Source: Acidobacteriota bacterium (lineage in GTDB: Bacteria > Acidobacteriota > UBA890 > WLXD01). Taken from it: a stretch of 64,000 nt of DNA. Positions 50,806-60,130 of the stretch are shown piece by piece. The stretch covers positions 832,001 through 896,000 of the forward strand of contig CAXWPH010000015.1 of the NCBI GenBank assembly GCA_963666055.2, read 5' to 3'. The translations under genes and the position numbers were made by a program. Numbering within the stretch: position 1 is the first letter of the stretch; the number at the start of each line of letters is the position of its first letter. The notes beneath the pieces are model-generated. The model searched no databases, had not been told where the DNA came from, and saw only the letters and a program-made list of their open reading frames with translations.

Positions 50806-51096
50806 CTACTTCGACATCATTTCGTACACTCTGATGCTCGAAATGTAGGGATTGGTCTGCGCCATCTTTTCTGCAGCATCAAGGCTCTCGGCGCTCATGC
50901 TTGTGAACCCCGTGATCGAGTCCAGGCCCAGTGGCAAATCTGCAGTGCCGGATTTTGAGATTTCTCGCCCACCACTGAAATGGCCACCCATATCGACAAT
51001 GTTGTCTTTCATCGACTCGAACCATTGGCCCCAGGCTGCCATGATTTCTGGGGTCGGCTTTGCAAATCCGTAGTGCAAGAATAGAAATTTCTTCAC
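50806..51096 (-). CDS. YCII-related small protein
   Basis: PTPEIMAAWGQWF, ITGF..AESLDAAEKMA; AAGGAG RBS. Confidence 0.75.
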   Translation of the reverse strand: MKKFLFLHYGFAKPTPEIMAAWGQWFESMKDNIVDMGGHFSGGREISKSGTADLPLGLDSITGFTSMSAESLDAAEKMAQTNPYISSIRVYEMMSK

Positions 51097-51167
51097 GTTT
51101 CTCTCCTTGTTGTTAGTTCTTTCCCACGATCAAGCTCAACGCTCACCTGGTGGCGGTTTCGAGTTTT

Positions 51168-51479
51168 CTATTTGCCTTTCATACGTCTGGCGATCTCAGT
51201 GCCGTAGGCCGACAGCGCGTCGGACCAGAAACTCTCTAGGTACTGGCGCAGGTCCTCGAGCCCGTCGCGTTTGATGAGATACAAGCGACGATTCCCCTGC
51301 GGCTCAACGCTGACTAACTTCGCTGCCTCGAGCACCTTCAGATGTTGCGACACGGCGGGCCGGCTCACTGGCTGGCCTTTCGCCAGCTCCCCCACCGTCT
51401 GCGGCTGCTCGCGCAGCGCCTCGAAAATGTGACGCCGGGTTGGGTCTGCCAGTGCGGAGAAGACTGCAGCGTAAGCCAT
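51168..51479 (-). CDS. ArsR/SmtB family transcriptional regulator
   Basis: FSALADPTRR, VSRPAVSQHLKVL, GNRRLY. Confidence 0.93.
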   Translation of the reverse strand: MAYAAVFSALADPTRRHIFEALREQPQTVGELAKGQPVSRPAVSQHLKVLEAAKLVSVEPQGNRRLYLIKRDGLEDLRQYLESFWSDALSAYGTEIARRMKGK

Positions 51480-51503
51480 GACTTACCGTAAGTTATAGCT
51501 TAC
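51471..51503. promoter_or_regulatory. Tandem palindromic operator GTAAG-N6-CTTAC x2 over the ArsR start
   Basis: GTAAGccatgaCTTAC c GTAAGttatagCTTAC. Confidence 0.7.
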
Positions 51504-51550
51504 TAAGATGCAAGCAGCTAGATGTTCTGGACGGGCAACTAGGCCCTGCC

Positions 51551-51844
51551 TTGCAAGCTATCCACGAGCAGCTGGATCACGACTGGACGATCGGCGCCCT
51601 TGCCAGCGTTGCCCAAATGTCACGGACGCAGTTTGCGCGCCGATTCAAAGACGTGTTGCAGCAAACGCCTATTCAGTATCTGATCAACTGGCGACTCCAA
51701 TCGGCCCGGCAGCTGCTGCGGGAGAGCGACCTCAACGTGGAAGCGATTGCATTTCGCGTAGGATATCAATCGCTGCCGTCGTTTAGTCGTAGCTTCAAGG
51801 AACGGTTCGGTGTGCCGCCGGCTGCCTATCGCCGCTCTCAGTGA
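51551..51844 (+). pseudogene. AraC-family HTH C-terminal remnant
   Basis: DWTIGALASVAQMSRTQFARRF, IAFRVGYQS..FSRSFK; no sensor domain. Confidence 0.75.
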
Positions 51845-52096
51845 TCTTGAGCGGAGAAACCGTCGCTCCCTCAAATGAAACTCCCGGTCGGATGGTTAGG
51901 TGGCGACTTCATGGGTGGCCACTCCAGATCAAGGACCTTGCCACGATGATGCTCTGAGATCAGGAGCCAGGCACGAACGCATGAATGAGGCTGTTTGTGT
52001 GGAGTATCGTGGTCGGGGAGCTCAGCCAACGGCTCGGGGGCCGAGCCAGGATCACCCGCAACCGGGAAACGGGACAACTTGTATCGACAGCCAGGA

Positions 52097-54093
52097 GTGA
52101 GAGCGGCGGGCGGGTCGTTTCTCTTGTTTGCGCTGGCGGCGGCCTGGGTGGTGACATCGGGCCACTCACTCGCCGAGCAGGAGGAGGTCGAGGTGCGTCA
52201 TCCGCTCGACCCACTCACGGAGCGCGAGTACACCACCGTCAAGCGCGGGCTGAGACGCAGCGAGCATGTCGGCCCGATGGCGCGCTATCCATTGGTCACT
52301 CTCCACGAGCCAGCGAAGGCGGACGTACTGCGCTGGCAATCCGGCGAGACCATCGACCGCAAGGCGTTCGTGATCGTCAAGCAACGCCGGCGGGTCGCCG
52401 AGGCCATCGTCGATGCGCTGAGCGGAGAGGTGGTCTCGTGGACAGAGGTCGAAGGGGTGCAGCCAGGCGTGCTCATGACCGAGGAGTGGGCGATCGCCGT
52501 GGCGCTAGTCCGGCGCAACCCCGACTGGCAGGCAGCGGTCCGGGCGCGAGGGATTACCGACCTGTGGCGGGTAGTGTGCACGCCGCTGACGGTTGGCTAC
52601 TTCGGTCGCGCCGAGCGTGCTCGAAACCGACTGGCAAAGGTAATCTGCTTCGACGCGCAGGGAACGAGCAACTACTGGGGACGGCCGATTGAAGGGCTAG
52701 TTGCCACGGTCGACCTGGTCAAGCGCACCGTCGAACTGGTTGATACGGGGCCGTCCCGACGCCGCAATCGCCCGTAGACTTCGCCGGCGAGTTCGTCGGC
52801 GAGCTCCGAACGCCACCGAATCCGTTCGAGGCAACGCAGCCTCCGGGGCCGAGCTTCGAGCTCGATGGGCAGAGTGTGAGCTGGGAGAGGTGGCGTTTCC
52901 ACTTCCGCATCGATCCACGCCTGGGTCCGGTAATCTCGCTGGTGCGATACCAGGACGGCGGCAAGCTGCGGTCGATTCTGTATCAGGGCTCGCTATCGGA
53001 GCTGTTCGTTCCGTACATGGCGCCGGATGAGGGCTGGTACTTCAGAACCTACATGGACGCCGGCGAGTACGGCGTCGGCAAGCTGGCATCGCCCCTGCAA
53101 CCGAATCTGGACTGTCCGCCCGGGGCGGTCTTCTTCAATGCGGTGTTTGCCGACGACTGGGGTGACCCGTACACGACGCCACGAGCCGCTTGTCTGTTCG
53201 AGCGCAACGCCGGCGACATCGCCTGGCGGCACTACGAGTCGCTCACCGGGCGCACCGAGGTGCGCAGACGCACCGACCTGGTCTTGCGCTTTATCCCCGC
53301 GGTCGGCAACTACGACTACGTTCTCGACTGGGTGTTCCGACAGGACGGAACCCTGCAGGTGGACCTGGGGGCGACGGGGATCGCCCAGGTCAAGGCGGTG
53401 GCGAGCCGCACCATCGCCGACGACGGAGAGGGTCCAGACACCGACTACGGGCGCATGGTCGCCGCGCGCACGGTGGCGATCAACCACGACCATTTCTTCT
53501 CCTTCCGGCTCGATCTGGATGTAGACGGTACGCACAACAGCTTTCAGGTGGACCGCCTGCGTACCCAACGGCTCGAGGGTGACAGCCCACGCAAGAGCCT
53601 CTGGGTGGTGGAGCCGTCGATCGCCGCATCCGAGCAGGCCGCCAGGATGCGAATCGATCTCGAACAACCGGCACTGTGGCGGGTTATCAACCCCAACGTC
53701 CAGGGCCCAGTGGGCTACCCGGTGAGCTACGAGCTGAAGCCGCAGGCGAACGCCGTGTCGCTGCTGAAGCCGAACGATCCTCCGCAACAACGCGCCGGCT
53801 TCACCGACTTCCACCTATGGGTAACCCCTCACGACCCCGACGAGCGCTACGCGGCGGGGCTCTACCCGAACCAGAGTCCGGGTGGCCACGGGCTTCCCGA
53901 GTGGACCAGTGAGGATCGGTCGATCCTCAACACCGATCTGGTGCTCTGGTACACCCTCGGGGTGCATCATGTGGTGCGCGCCGAAGATTGGCCGGTGTTG
54001 CCGACCACGCGGAGTGGCTTCGAGCTGCGACCCTTCGACTTCTTCCCCAGGAATCCGGCTCTCGACATTTCCGAACAGGCCGAACAGGACTGA
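52097..54093 (+). CDS. Copper-containing primary amine oxidase (TynA-like); -1 frameshift near 52746-52749
   Basis: HPLDPL, GRPIEGL, YMDAGEYG, VGNYDY (TPQ), NHDHF, HVVRAEDWP; adding one G to GGGG joins ORFs 51995 and 52876. Confidence 0.9.
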
Positions 54094-54120
54094 CCCGGCC
54101 CACCCATCGAGGCACGAGCA

Positions 54121-55027
54121 ATGCATGATGAAAACAAGCGGCGGGCGAATCTGACGAGACAGCTACCGTATGCGCCGATCGCGGTAGTGTTTCTTCTGCT
54201 TGTCCTCACGGCGGGCGTGGCCCACTCGCACGACATCTGGCTTCACGCCGACAGGTTCCGACTCGATGTCGGCGACACACTGATCATCCGGCAGCTGCTC
54301 GGCGCCGAGCTCGACAGCGACCTGTCGCGACCCGAGGCGACGCAGGAACTACCGCTCATGCGGTCCGTAACCTCGCGGCTGACGATGATCACCGACCAGG
54401 GGGCGGTCGACCTGCTGGCGCAGATGCAGGATCGGCCCACTCTCATGCCGGTGATCGAGCACCGGGTCGACTTTGAGGGCCTGGCCCTGGTGACCATGGA
54501 GCACTACCCGATCTATACCGAATTCACCAACGAGGAGTTCGTCGAGTATCTGGAGCACGAAGGGGTCTACAGCGAGGAGTTCCGTACGGCCATGGGATCG
54601 AGATCGGCGCAGGCCGAGTCCTACGTCCGGACGCTCAAGTGTCTGGTGCAGGTCGGAGATGACGACGCGGACGCCATCCCGAGCGAGCTACACAAGCAGG
54701 TTCTGGGTCAGAGGATCGAGATCGTGCTGCTCCAGAACCCGTACAGGCTAGATCCTGGCGACGAGCTCGCGGTCCAGGTGCTGGCGGATGGTGTCCCGGT
54801 TCAAGGTCAGCTTGTGAACGCGTACAACGCCGGCCGGGACCTGCCGGTCTCTAGGCAGCAGGCGCACACCGACGCCGAAGGCATCGCGCGCTTCACCCTC
54901 GACGGTGCGGGGCACTGGCTGGTTCGCCTGGTCAACCTGACCTCGTGCGCCGGGCGTACCGACGGCGAAGTGCGAAGACGCCGACTGGGACAGCGCCTGG
55001 GCCGCTTACAGCTTCGAACTGGACTAG
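54121..55027 (+). CDS. DUF4198 (nickel-uptake-associated) exported protein; +1 frameshift near 54969
   Basis: Signal peptide then HDIWL; IEIVLLQNPY, TDAEGIARF, GHWLV; true tail CEDADWDSAWAAYSFELD-TAG lies in the shifted frame. Confidence 0.8.
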
Positions 55028-55055
55028 GCGACGCCGCGGATAGGCCTACGCCTAC

Positions 55056-55481
55056 TCAGTACGCGGGAGTGCACGCGGCCGTTACCCCGAGCGCGCTCAG
55101 CTCGTCGGGAACCTCGCTCGGAGATCCCGTAGCATCGCAAAAGCCGTCGGCGTTGGCGTCCGTAGGATCGCAGTCGCCGCCCGGCAGGAAGACGTACTGC
55201 GTGATCACATCGCCGTCATCGTCAACGTCGTTGAACGCGCATGCGGTCAACCGGCAGGCGCTCCGGCCCAACAACTTGGCTAGGCTATTCTCGGACACAT
55301 TCCTGACTTTACCGTTGCTCCTGCAAACCTGGACCATGCCCAGGGGCACATGCGCCTTGCCTACACCTAGGGCCACATGCGCCTCGCCAACACCCAGGGC
55401 AACAGGCGCGTTGCCCACGAGGGTGCCTGGAACCACCAGCAACAGTGTGCCGACGAAAGACAACGTCAAGAATCGTCGCAT
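55056..55481 (-). CDS. Small secreted Cys-rich protein with 9-aa tandem repeat
   Basis: GGGAG RBS, signal peptide, six Cys, DVDDDGD and DANADG acidic loops. Confidence 0.7.
   Translation of the reverse strand: MRRFLTLSFVGTLLLVVPGTLVGNAPVALGVGEAHVALGVGKAHVPLGMVQVCRSNGKVRNVSENSLAKLLGRSACRLTACAFNDVDDDGDVITQYVFLPGGDCDPTDANADGFCDATGSPSEVPDELSALGVTAACTPAY
55339..55419. repeat. 3 x 27-bp degenerate coding tandem repeat
   Basis: Encodes VGNAPVALG / VGEAHVALG / VGKAHVPLG. Confidence 0.9.
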
Positions 55482-55562
55482 GCGCTTTCTACTCCCGAGT
55501 TAAGTGCGCTGGCCGAAGGCGCGCCTGAAGTCCAAATAAGAGGATTGACCGTACCACGCCAG

Positions 55563-55608
55563 CTCCGGCATCTGGAGGGGTCGTCCTCCGGCATCTGGAG
55601 GGGTCGTC
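55563..55608. repeat. Perfect 2 x 23-bp tandem duplication
   Basis: CTCCGGCATCTGGAGGGGTCGTC twice. Confidence 0.95.
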
Positions 55609-55690
55609 GTTTGGCGGCCACACAATCACACGCAATTGGCCGATGAGTATGGATAGTAGTTCGGCCAGCCGGTAAGATGCACGAGTTGAT

Positions 55691-55709
55691 ATTGAGACGC
55701 TGTCTCGAT
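55691..55709. promoter_or_regulatory. Fur-like operator upstream of TonB-dependent receptor
   Basis: ATTGAGAC-GCT-GTCTCGAT near-palindrome (TTGAGA-N5-TCTCGA). Confidence 0.55.
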
Positions 55710-55767
55710 TACCGTCGCCAGCATCGATAGGCGCTTCTCGTCTCACGCCCGCGCTGTTCGTGCCCTC

Positions 55768-58044
55768 ATGAGCACCATGTTCTGCCGTCGCCCCGGTTCG
55801 CTAGTACGCGCTGCCATGCCGGCGCTCGTACTTGTCCTTGTAACGCTGCTCGCCATACCGGTGGATGCCCAGCAGTCGGGCGACGAGGGGGCGAAGCCGG
55901 CGGCGCACAAGCAGGAGGAGCGCAAGCCGCGGATCGACGAACGCATCATGGTGGTGGGCAGTGTCGAGAACCTCGAGATCATCCCGGGATCGGCGAGCCG
56001 GATCGAGGGCGCCGAACTGCTCCGCACTCAGGCGGCGTTCGGGGATATCCACCGGATGCTGAGGTCGGTTCCCGGGGTCAACCTCCAGGAAGAAGAGGGC
56101 TTCGGCCTGCGGCCCAACATCGGCCTGCGTGGCTCGGGCTCGGAGCGTTCCTCCCGCATCACCCTCATGGAGGACGGGGTTCTGATCGCTCCCGCACCCT
56201 ATACGGCACCCTCCGCCTATTACTTCCCCACCGCGGGCAGGATGGAAGCGATCGAGGTGCGCAAGGGCTCGAGCCAGATCAAGTTCGGGCCGCGGACGAA
56301 CGGCGGAGCCTTGAACCTGGTGTCCACGCGGGTGCCCGATGCGTTCACCGTGCGCGCCGAGCTGGGCGGCGGCAGCCACGCGACCGCCAAGGGCCGCCTG
56401 TCGGTCGGTAACAGCTCGCGCAACTGGGGCTGGATGCTCGAGACCTACCAGCTGCGCAGCGAAGGCTTCAAGCAGATCGATGGCGGCGGCGACGCGGGCT
56501 TCCACCTGGGTGACTATCTGGGGAAGCTGCGGTACCGGACAACCGGTAGCGCCGACTCCTTCCACGAGATCGAGGTCAAGCTCGGATACGTGGGGCAGCG
56601 CGGCAACCAGACCTACCTCGGCCTGACCGACGTTGACTTTCAGGCGAATCCGATGCGTCGTTACGCCGGCTCGCAGCACGACCGGATCGAGACCGAGCAT
56701 CGGCAGCTCCAGCTCCGCCACTACGGGATGTTCAGCCCGGCCATCGACCTGACCACGGTCGCCTACCGCAATGAGTTCCAGCGCAACTGGTACAAGCTGC
56801 AGAGCGTTCAGGGTGCGGGGCTCTCAAGCGTGTTCGAGAGCCCGCTGATCTACGCCGAGGAACTCGCCATCCTACGCGGCGCCGACAGCGCCCGCGACGC
56901 ACTGAAACAGCGCCACAACAACCGCCAATACTACGGGCAGGGGATCCAAAGCGTCCTGGGCCTGCGCCTCGGCAACGGCGCCACCCGCCAGCAGCTCGAG
57001 GTTGGCGTGCGCTACCACGCCGACCAAGAGGACCGGTTCCAGAGCGAGGATGGCTACCAGATGATCAGTGGGCACAAGACGCTCAGCAGCGTCGGCGCCC
57101 CTGGCAGTCAGGCGAATCGGATCGGGGACTCCAGAGCCTGGGCCGTGTTCGTGCAGGATCAGATCTCGACGGGACACTGGACGATCACTCCGGGCCTACG
57201 CTTCGAGTCCATCGACATGACGCGAACCGACTACTCGAGAACCGACCCGAATCGTACGGCGCCGACCTGGATTCGACACTCGCAGATCGACGTGCTGCTT
57301 CCCGGCGCAGGTGTCGACTACCGCATCGGACACGGCAGCAATGTATTCCTCGGTGTCCATCGAGGTTTCGCGCCCCCGGGTCCCGGGGCCGCCGACGGGG
57401 TCCGGCCCGAGACCAGCATCAACTACGAGCTCGGCTACCGGCTGCGCGGCACCCGGGCGACGGCGGGCGTGACCGGCTTCTTCAACGACTACGACAACCT
57501 GCTGGGGTCGGACACGCTCTCGAGCGGCGGCCAGGGGACCGGCGACCAGTTCAACGGTGGCGCCGCACGCGTCTGGGGTCTCGAGGCATCGGCCTCCTAC
57601 CACCTTGCGGCCGCCGGCTCGGCACTGCGAGTGCCCTTCGCACTCTCCTATACCTGGACCCGGGGGGAGTTCCGCACCAGCTTCGAGAGCGACTACGAGC
57701 CCTGGGGAAATATCGCCGCCGGTGACGAGCTCCCCTACTTGCCCGAGCATCAGCTCAACGTCTCGCTCGGGCTCCAGGGAACACGCTGGGATGCGTTCGC
57801 GTCGGTGACCTCGGGCAGCGCTATGCGGACCGAGGCGGGCCATGGGCCGATCCCGCCGCGGCGCGGGACCGACGCCTTCGCCGTCGTCGATCTGACCGCG
57901 GGGTATCGATTGAGCAGCGACGTATGGCTGCAGGCGGCGCTGCAGAACGCCCTTGCCGCCACCTACATCGTGACGCGCCGGCCGGCCGGTGTGCGGCCCG
58001 GCCTGACACGGACCTTCGTGCTCGGGCTGACCTTGTCGCGCTAA
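55768..58044 (+). CDS. TonB-dependent receptor, FecA-like
   Basis: EEEGFGLRPNIGLRG, ITLMEDGV, IEVRKGSSQI, GGALNL; C-terminal barrel; start may be 55816. Confidence 0.92.
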   Translation: MSTMFCRRPGSLVRAAMPALVLVLVTLLAIPVDAQQSGDEGAKPAAHKQEERKPRIDERIMVVGSVENLEIIPGSASRIEGAELLRTQAAFGDIHRMLRSVPGVNLQEEEGFGLRPNIGLRGSGSERSSRITLMEDGVLIAPAPYTAPSAYYFPTAGRMEAIEVRKGSSQIKFGPRTNGGALNLVSTRVPDAFTVRAELGGGSHATAKGRLSVGNSSRNWGWMLETYQLRSEGFKQIDGGGDAGFHLGDYLGKLRYRTTGSADSFHEIEVKLGYVGQRGNQTYLGLTDVDFQANPMRRYAGSQHDRIETEHRQLQLRHYGMFSPAIDLTTVAYRNEFQRNWYKLQSVQGAGLSSVFESPLIYAEELAILRGADSARDALKQRHNNRQYYGQGIQSVLGLRLGNGATRQQLEVGVRYHADQEDRFQSEDGYQMISGHKTLSSVGAPGSQANRIGDSRAWAVFVQDQISTGHWTITPGLRFESIDMTRTDYSRTDPNRTAPTWIRHSQIDVLLPGAGVDYRIGHGSNVFLGVHRGFAPPGPGAADGVRPETSINYELGYRLRGTRATAGVTGFFNDYDNLLGSDTLSSGGQGTGDQFNGGAARVWGLEASASYHLAAAGSALRVPFALSYTWTRGEFRTSFESDYEPWGNIAAGDELPYLPEHQLNVSLGLQGTRWDAFASVTSGSAMRTEAGHGPIPPRRGTDAFAVVDLTAGYRLSSDVWLQAALQNALAATYIVTRRPAGVRPGLTRTFVLGLTLSR

Positions 58045-58147
58045 CCGGGTCGGTGCACGACGCTGCAGCACCGGATCATCCGTCCTCGCTGAGGTCGATC
58101 TCCGTTGAAACAGGGAGCCTGAAGATGCTACCGACTACTCGCTTCAC

Positions 58148-58321
58148 CTAGCAGGCCGTGGTGGAAGTGTGGCGGGCCTGGCGACAGGGTCTTGCGAGGT
58201 GGAGGCAAGGAGAGAGGAGGAGGCGATGGTTACCCCATCGTTGACGAGGAACGACGCAGCATACGCGCGCAACCCCCTATCGCCCGGAGGGTTACGCCAC
58301 ACTTTCACCACGGCCTGCTAG
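58148..58321. mobile_element. 174-bp MITE with 27-bp terminal inverted repeats including CTAG
   Basis: CTAGCAGGCCGTGGTGGAAGTGTGGCG ... CGCCACACTTTCACCACGGCCTGCTAG (one mismatch); no transposase. Confidence 0.88.
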
Positions 58322-58377
58322 GTTTGATGGGGCGGGAGACGGCTGGGTATACCGCGTCCCCGTGGGTGGTGGTCCCA

Positions 58378-58536
58378 GAGGGACGCTGCCCAGAGGCGGG
58401 AACAAACAAGCAGGGTATCGTCACCTTCTTGGAGTACCTGTCACGCCACGGCGTTACTTCACTCTGGGACGCTGGTAGCTTCAACTACCACGATCTCACG
58501 TACTCGCTGCTGGACGCGAGGCGAGCCTGTGCGTAG
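58378..58536 (+). pseudogene. Internal amidohydrolase-like remnant
   Basis: FLEYLSRHGVTSLWDAG resembles FLSKGITSVVDAG of the 37636 gene. Confidence 0.45.
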
Positions 58537-60096
58537 TCACTCCTTCTTCTGTTCTTCTTCCTTCTCTTCCTCTGCCTTTGTCGCGTCCAGGTGCTGTTGC
58601 TGGTCGCCATAGTGGTCGTCTATGGCGTGCTCGGATGACAACGGGCTCAGGTAATGCTTCTCAGTCAGCTCTTCCTTGTTCATCGCGAGTCCCGTCAGGC
58701 ACGCTTTGATGATATGCACGCTGTTGAGCGTAGTCCTGTAGGTCGGATCCAGTGCAGGATGCAATTCGACCAGGTCGAAACCCACCACATTGGACTCCGC
58801 ACACAGGCGGCGCACGATGGTAATCGCTTCGCGCATGGTGAGCCCGCCTGGAACCGGTGTGCCGGTAGCCACTGCGAATGCGGGATCGAGAACATCAATG
58901 TCAAAAGAGATGTGCAGCTTGCGCCCCTCTTCACTGGCCTCGGCGACAACCCGGTCAAGCACGGCATCCCAGCCCCGCCGCTCAATCTCGGCCATGGTGT
59001 GATAACGCATGCCCTGTTCCCGCATCCAATTGAAACCCGACTTGTCGGGTCCGCTCGAGCGCAGCCCGACCTGGATGTAATCCGCAGCCCGCACATGGCC
59101 TTCATTAATCAGGCGGTACACCGGGTATCCATGATTGATCAGGTGGGCGCTTTCGCCCCACCACGCATCGTAATGCGAGTCGAAGTGAATAACCGATACC
59201 TTTTCCTTGCCATAAACGTCCGCCAAGGCCGCAACATTGGGGTATTCCAATGAGTGGTCGCCGCCGACAATCATGGGTACGGCTCCCGTCTCCGCGATCT
59301 CGCGCACGATCTCGCGTACGTGGCGCATGGACCGTTCGGTGCTGTCGTTGTCTACCGCAACGTCGCCGTAGTCCACGACGGTCAGTACCTCAGATGCATT
59401 AATTTGCACATACTGGTCCTCTCCGCCCATGGCCCGGCCGCGCAGGCGAAGGTCGACGGTGGCGCGCTCACCCGAGTCGCGCCATCCCGAGCCCATGTTC
59501 AGGGGCGCGCCCAGGATGGCGACATCAACCTCACCCGCGACGAGGTCTTCCTTCGACAGCGCCAGGGGGAAACCGCCAAATGTTGGCGGACCGCGCCTGC
59601 CGCGATAGCGACCGAGCGCGACCGGTCCCGCCTCCCGCTCTGGATCCATGGATCGGGGACGCAGTAATCGCCATGCATTGAAATCGGGCGATTCGGTATT
59701 GAAGGGAATGTTGGGCAAGTCTCGTCCTTCGGTGTAGCGGCTTTGTTCCACTACCTGTTGCATGGCCTCGACCCACGCCTTTACTTCCTCCGGTGTGCGT
59801 TTCTCGAGCGCTTCAACGGCTTTTTCGGCTGGCCCGGTAAAGGCACGCGCATCGGCGCTCTTCAGAAACTCGATTTGCTCCGGCGTCAGCAATTCGAGCT
59901 TTGCCGCCACGCTGTCGGGCAGTTCAATAGGCGGCTGTTCCTCCTCCCGTGCGTCGACGGTGTCAAACGGATACGCCCGCGCACCGACGACGTGCTCCTG
60001 GGTGCCAGGCCTTTCATCCTGGGCCCAGGCGACCGGTGCAGCCGCCGTCACAAGCAAGAGCAGTGCGGCACGAATGCTGATCGAACCGAATGTCAT
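58537..60096 (-). CDS. Exported ureohydrolase (agmatinase family), metal ligands intact
   Basis: GGDHS, DSHYD, SFDID, TGTPVPGG, VELHP; signal peptide; GGAG RBS. Confidence 0.92.
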   Translation of the reverse strand: MTFGSISIRAALLLLVTAAAPVAWAQDERPGTQEHVVGARAYPFDTVDAREEEQPPIELPDSVAAKLELLTPEQIEFLKSADARAFTGPAEKAVEALEKRTPEEVKAWVEAMQQVVEQSRYTEGRDLPNIPFNTESPDFNAWRLLRPRSMDPEREAGPVALGRYRGRRGPPTFGGFPLALSKEDLVAGEVDVAILGAPLNMGSGWRDSGERATVDLRLRGRAMGGEDQYVQINASEVLTVVDYGDVAVDNDSTERSMRHVREIVREIAETGAVPMIVGGDHSLEYPNVAALADVYGKEKVSVIHFDSHYDAWWGESAHLINHGYPVYRLINEGHVRAADYIQVGLRSSGPDKSGFNWMREQGMRYHTMAEIERRGWDAVLDRVVAEASEEGRKLHISFDIDVLDPAFAVATGTPVPGGLTMREAITIVRRLCAESNVVGFDLVELHPALDPTYRTTLNSVHIIKACLTGLAMNKEELTEKHYLSPLSSEHAIDDHYGDQQQHLDATKAEEEKEEEQKKE

Positions 60097-60130
60097 AGCA
60101 ATGCTCCAATACGTGTGGGCCGGGCGCATA

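Noticed and set aside
55056-55481. RiPP precursor with repeated cores
   Set aside because: No modifying enzymes adjacent; Sec-type signal and a folded Cys-rich domain fit a secreted protein better
55028-55503. 460-aa DUF4198 with long Thr/Pro-rich tail
   Set aside because: Artefact of the frameshift near 54969; the tail is antisense to the 55056-55481 gene
55563-55608. Possible CRISPR repeat
   Set aside because: Only two directly abutting copies, no spacer, no cas genes
55500-55767. Cobalamin riboswitch before the TonB receptor
   Set aside because: No B12-box elements seen; receptor looks FecA-like with a Fur-like palindrome
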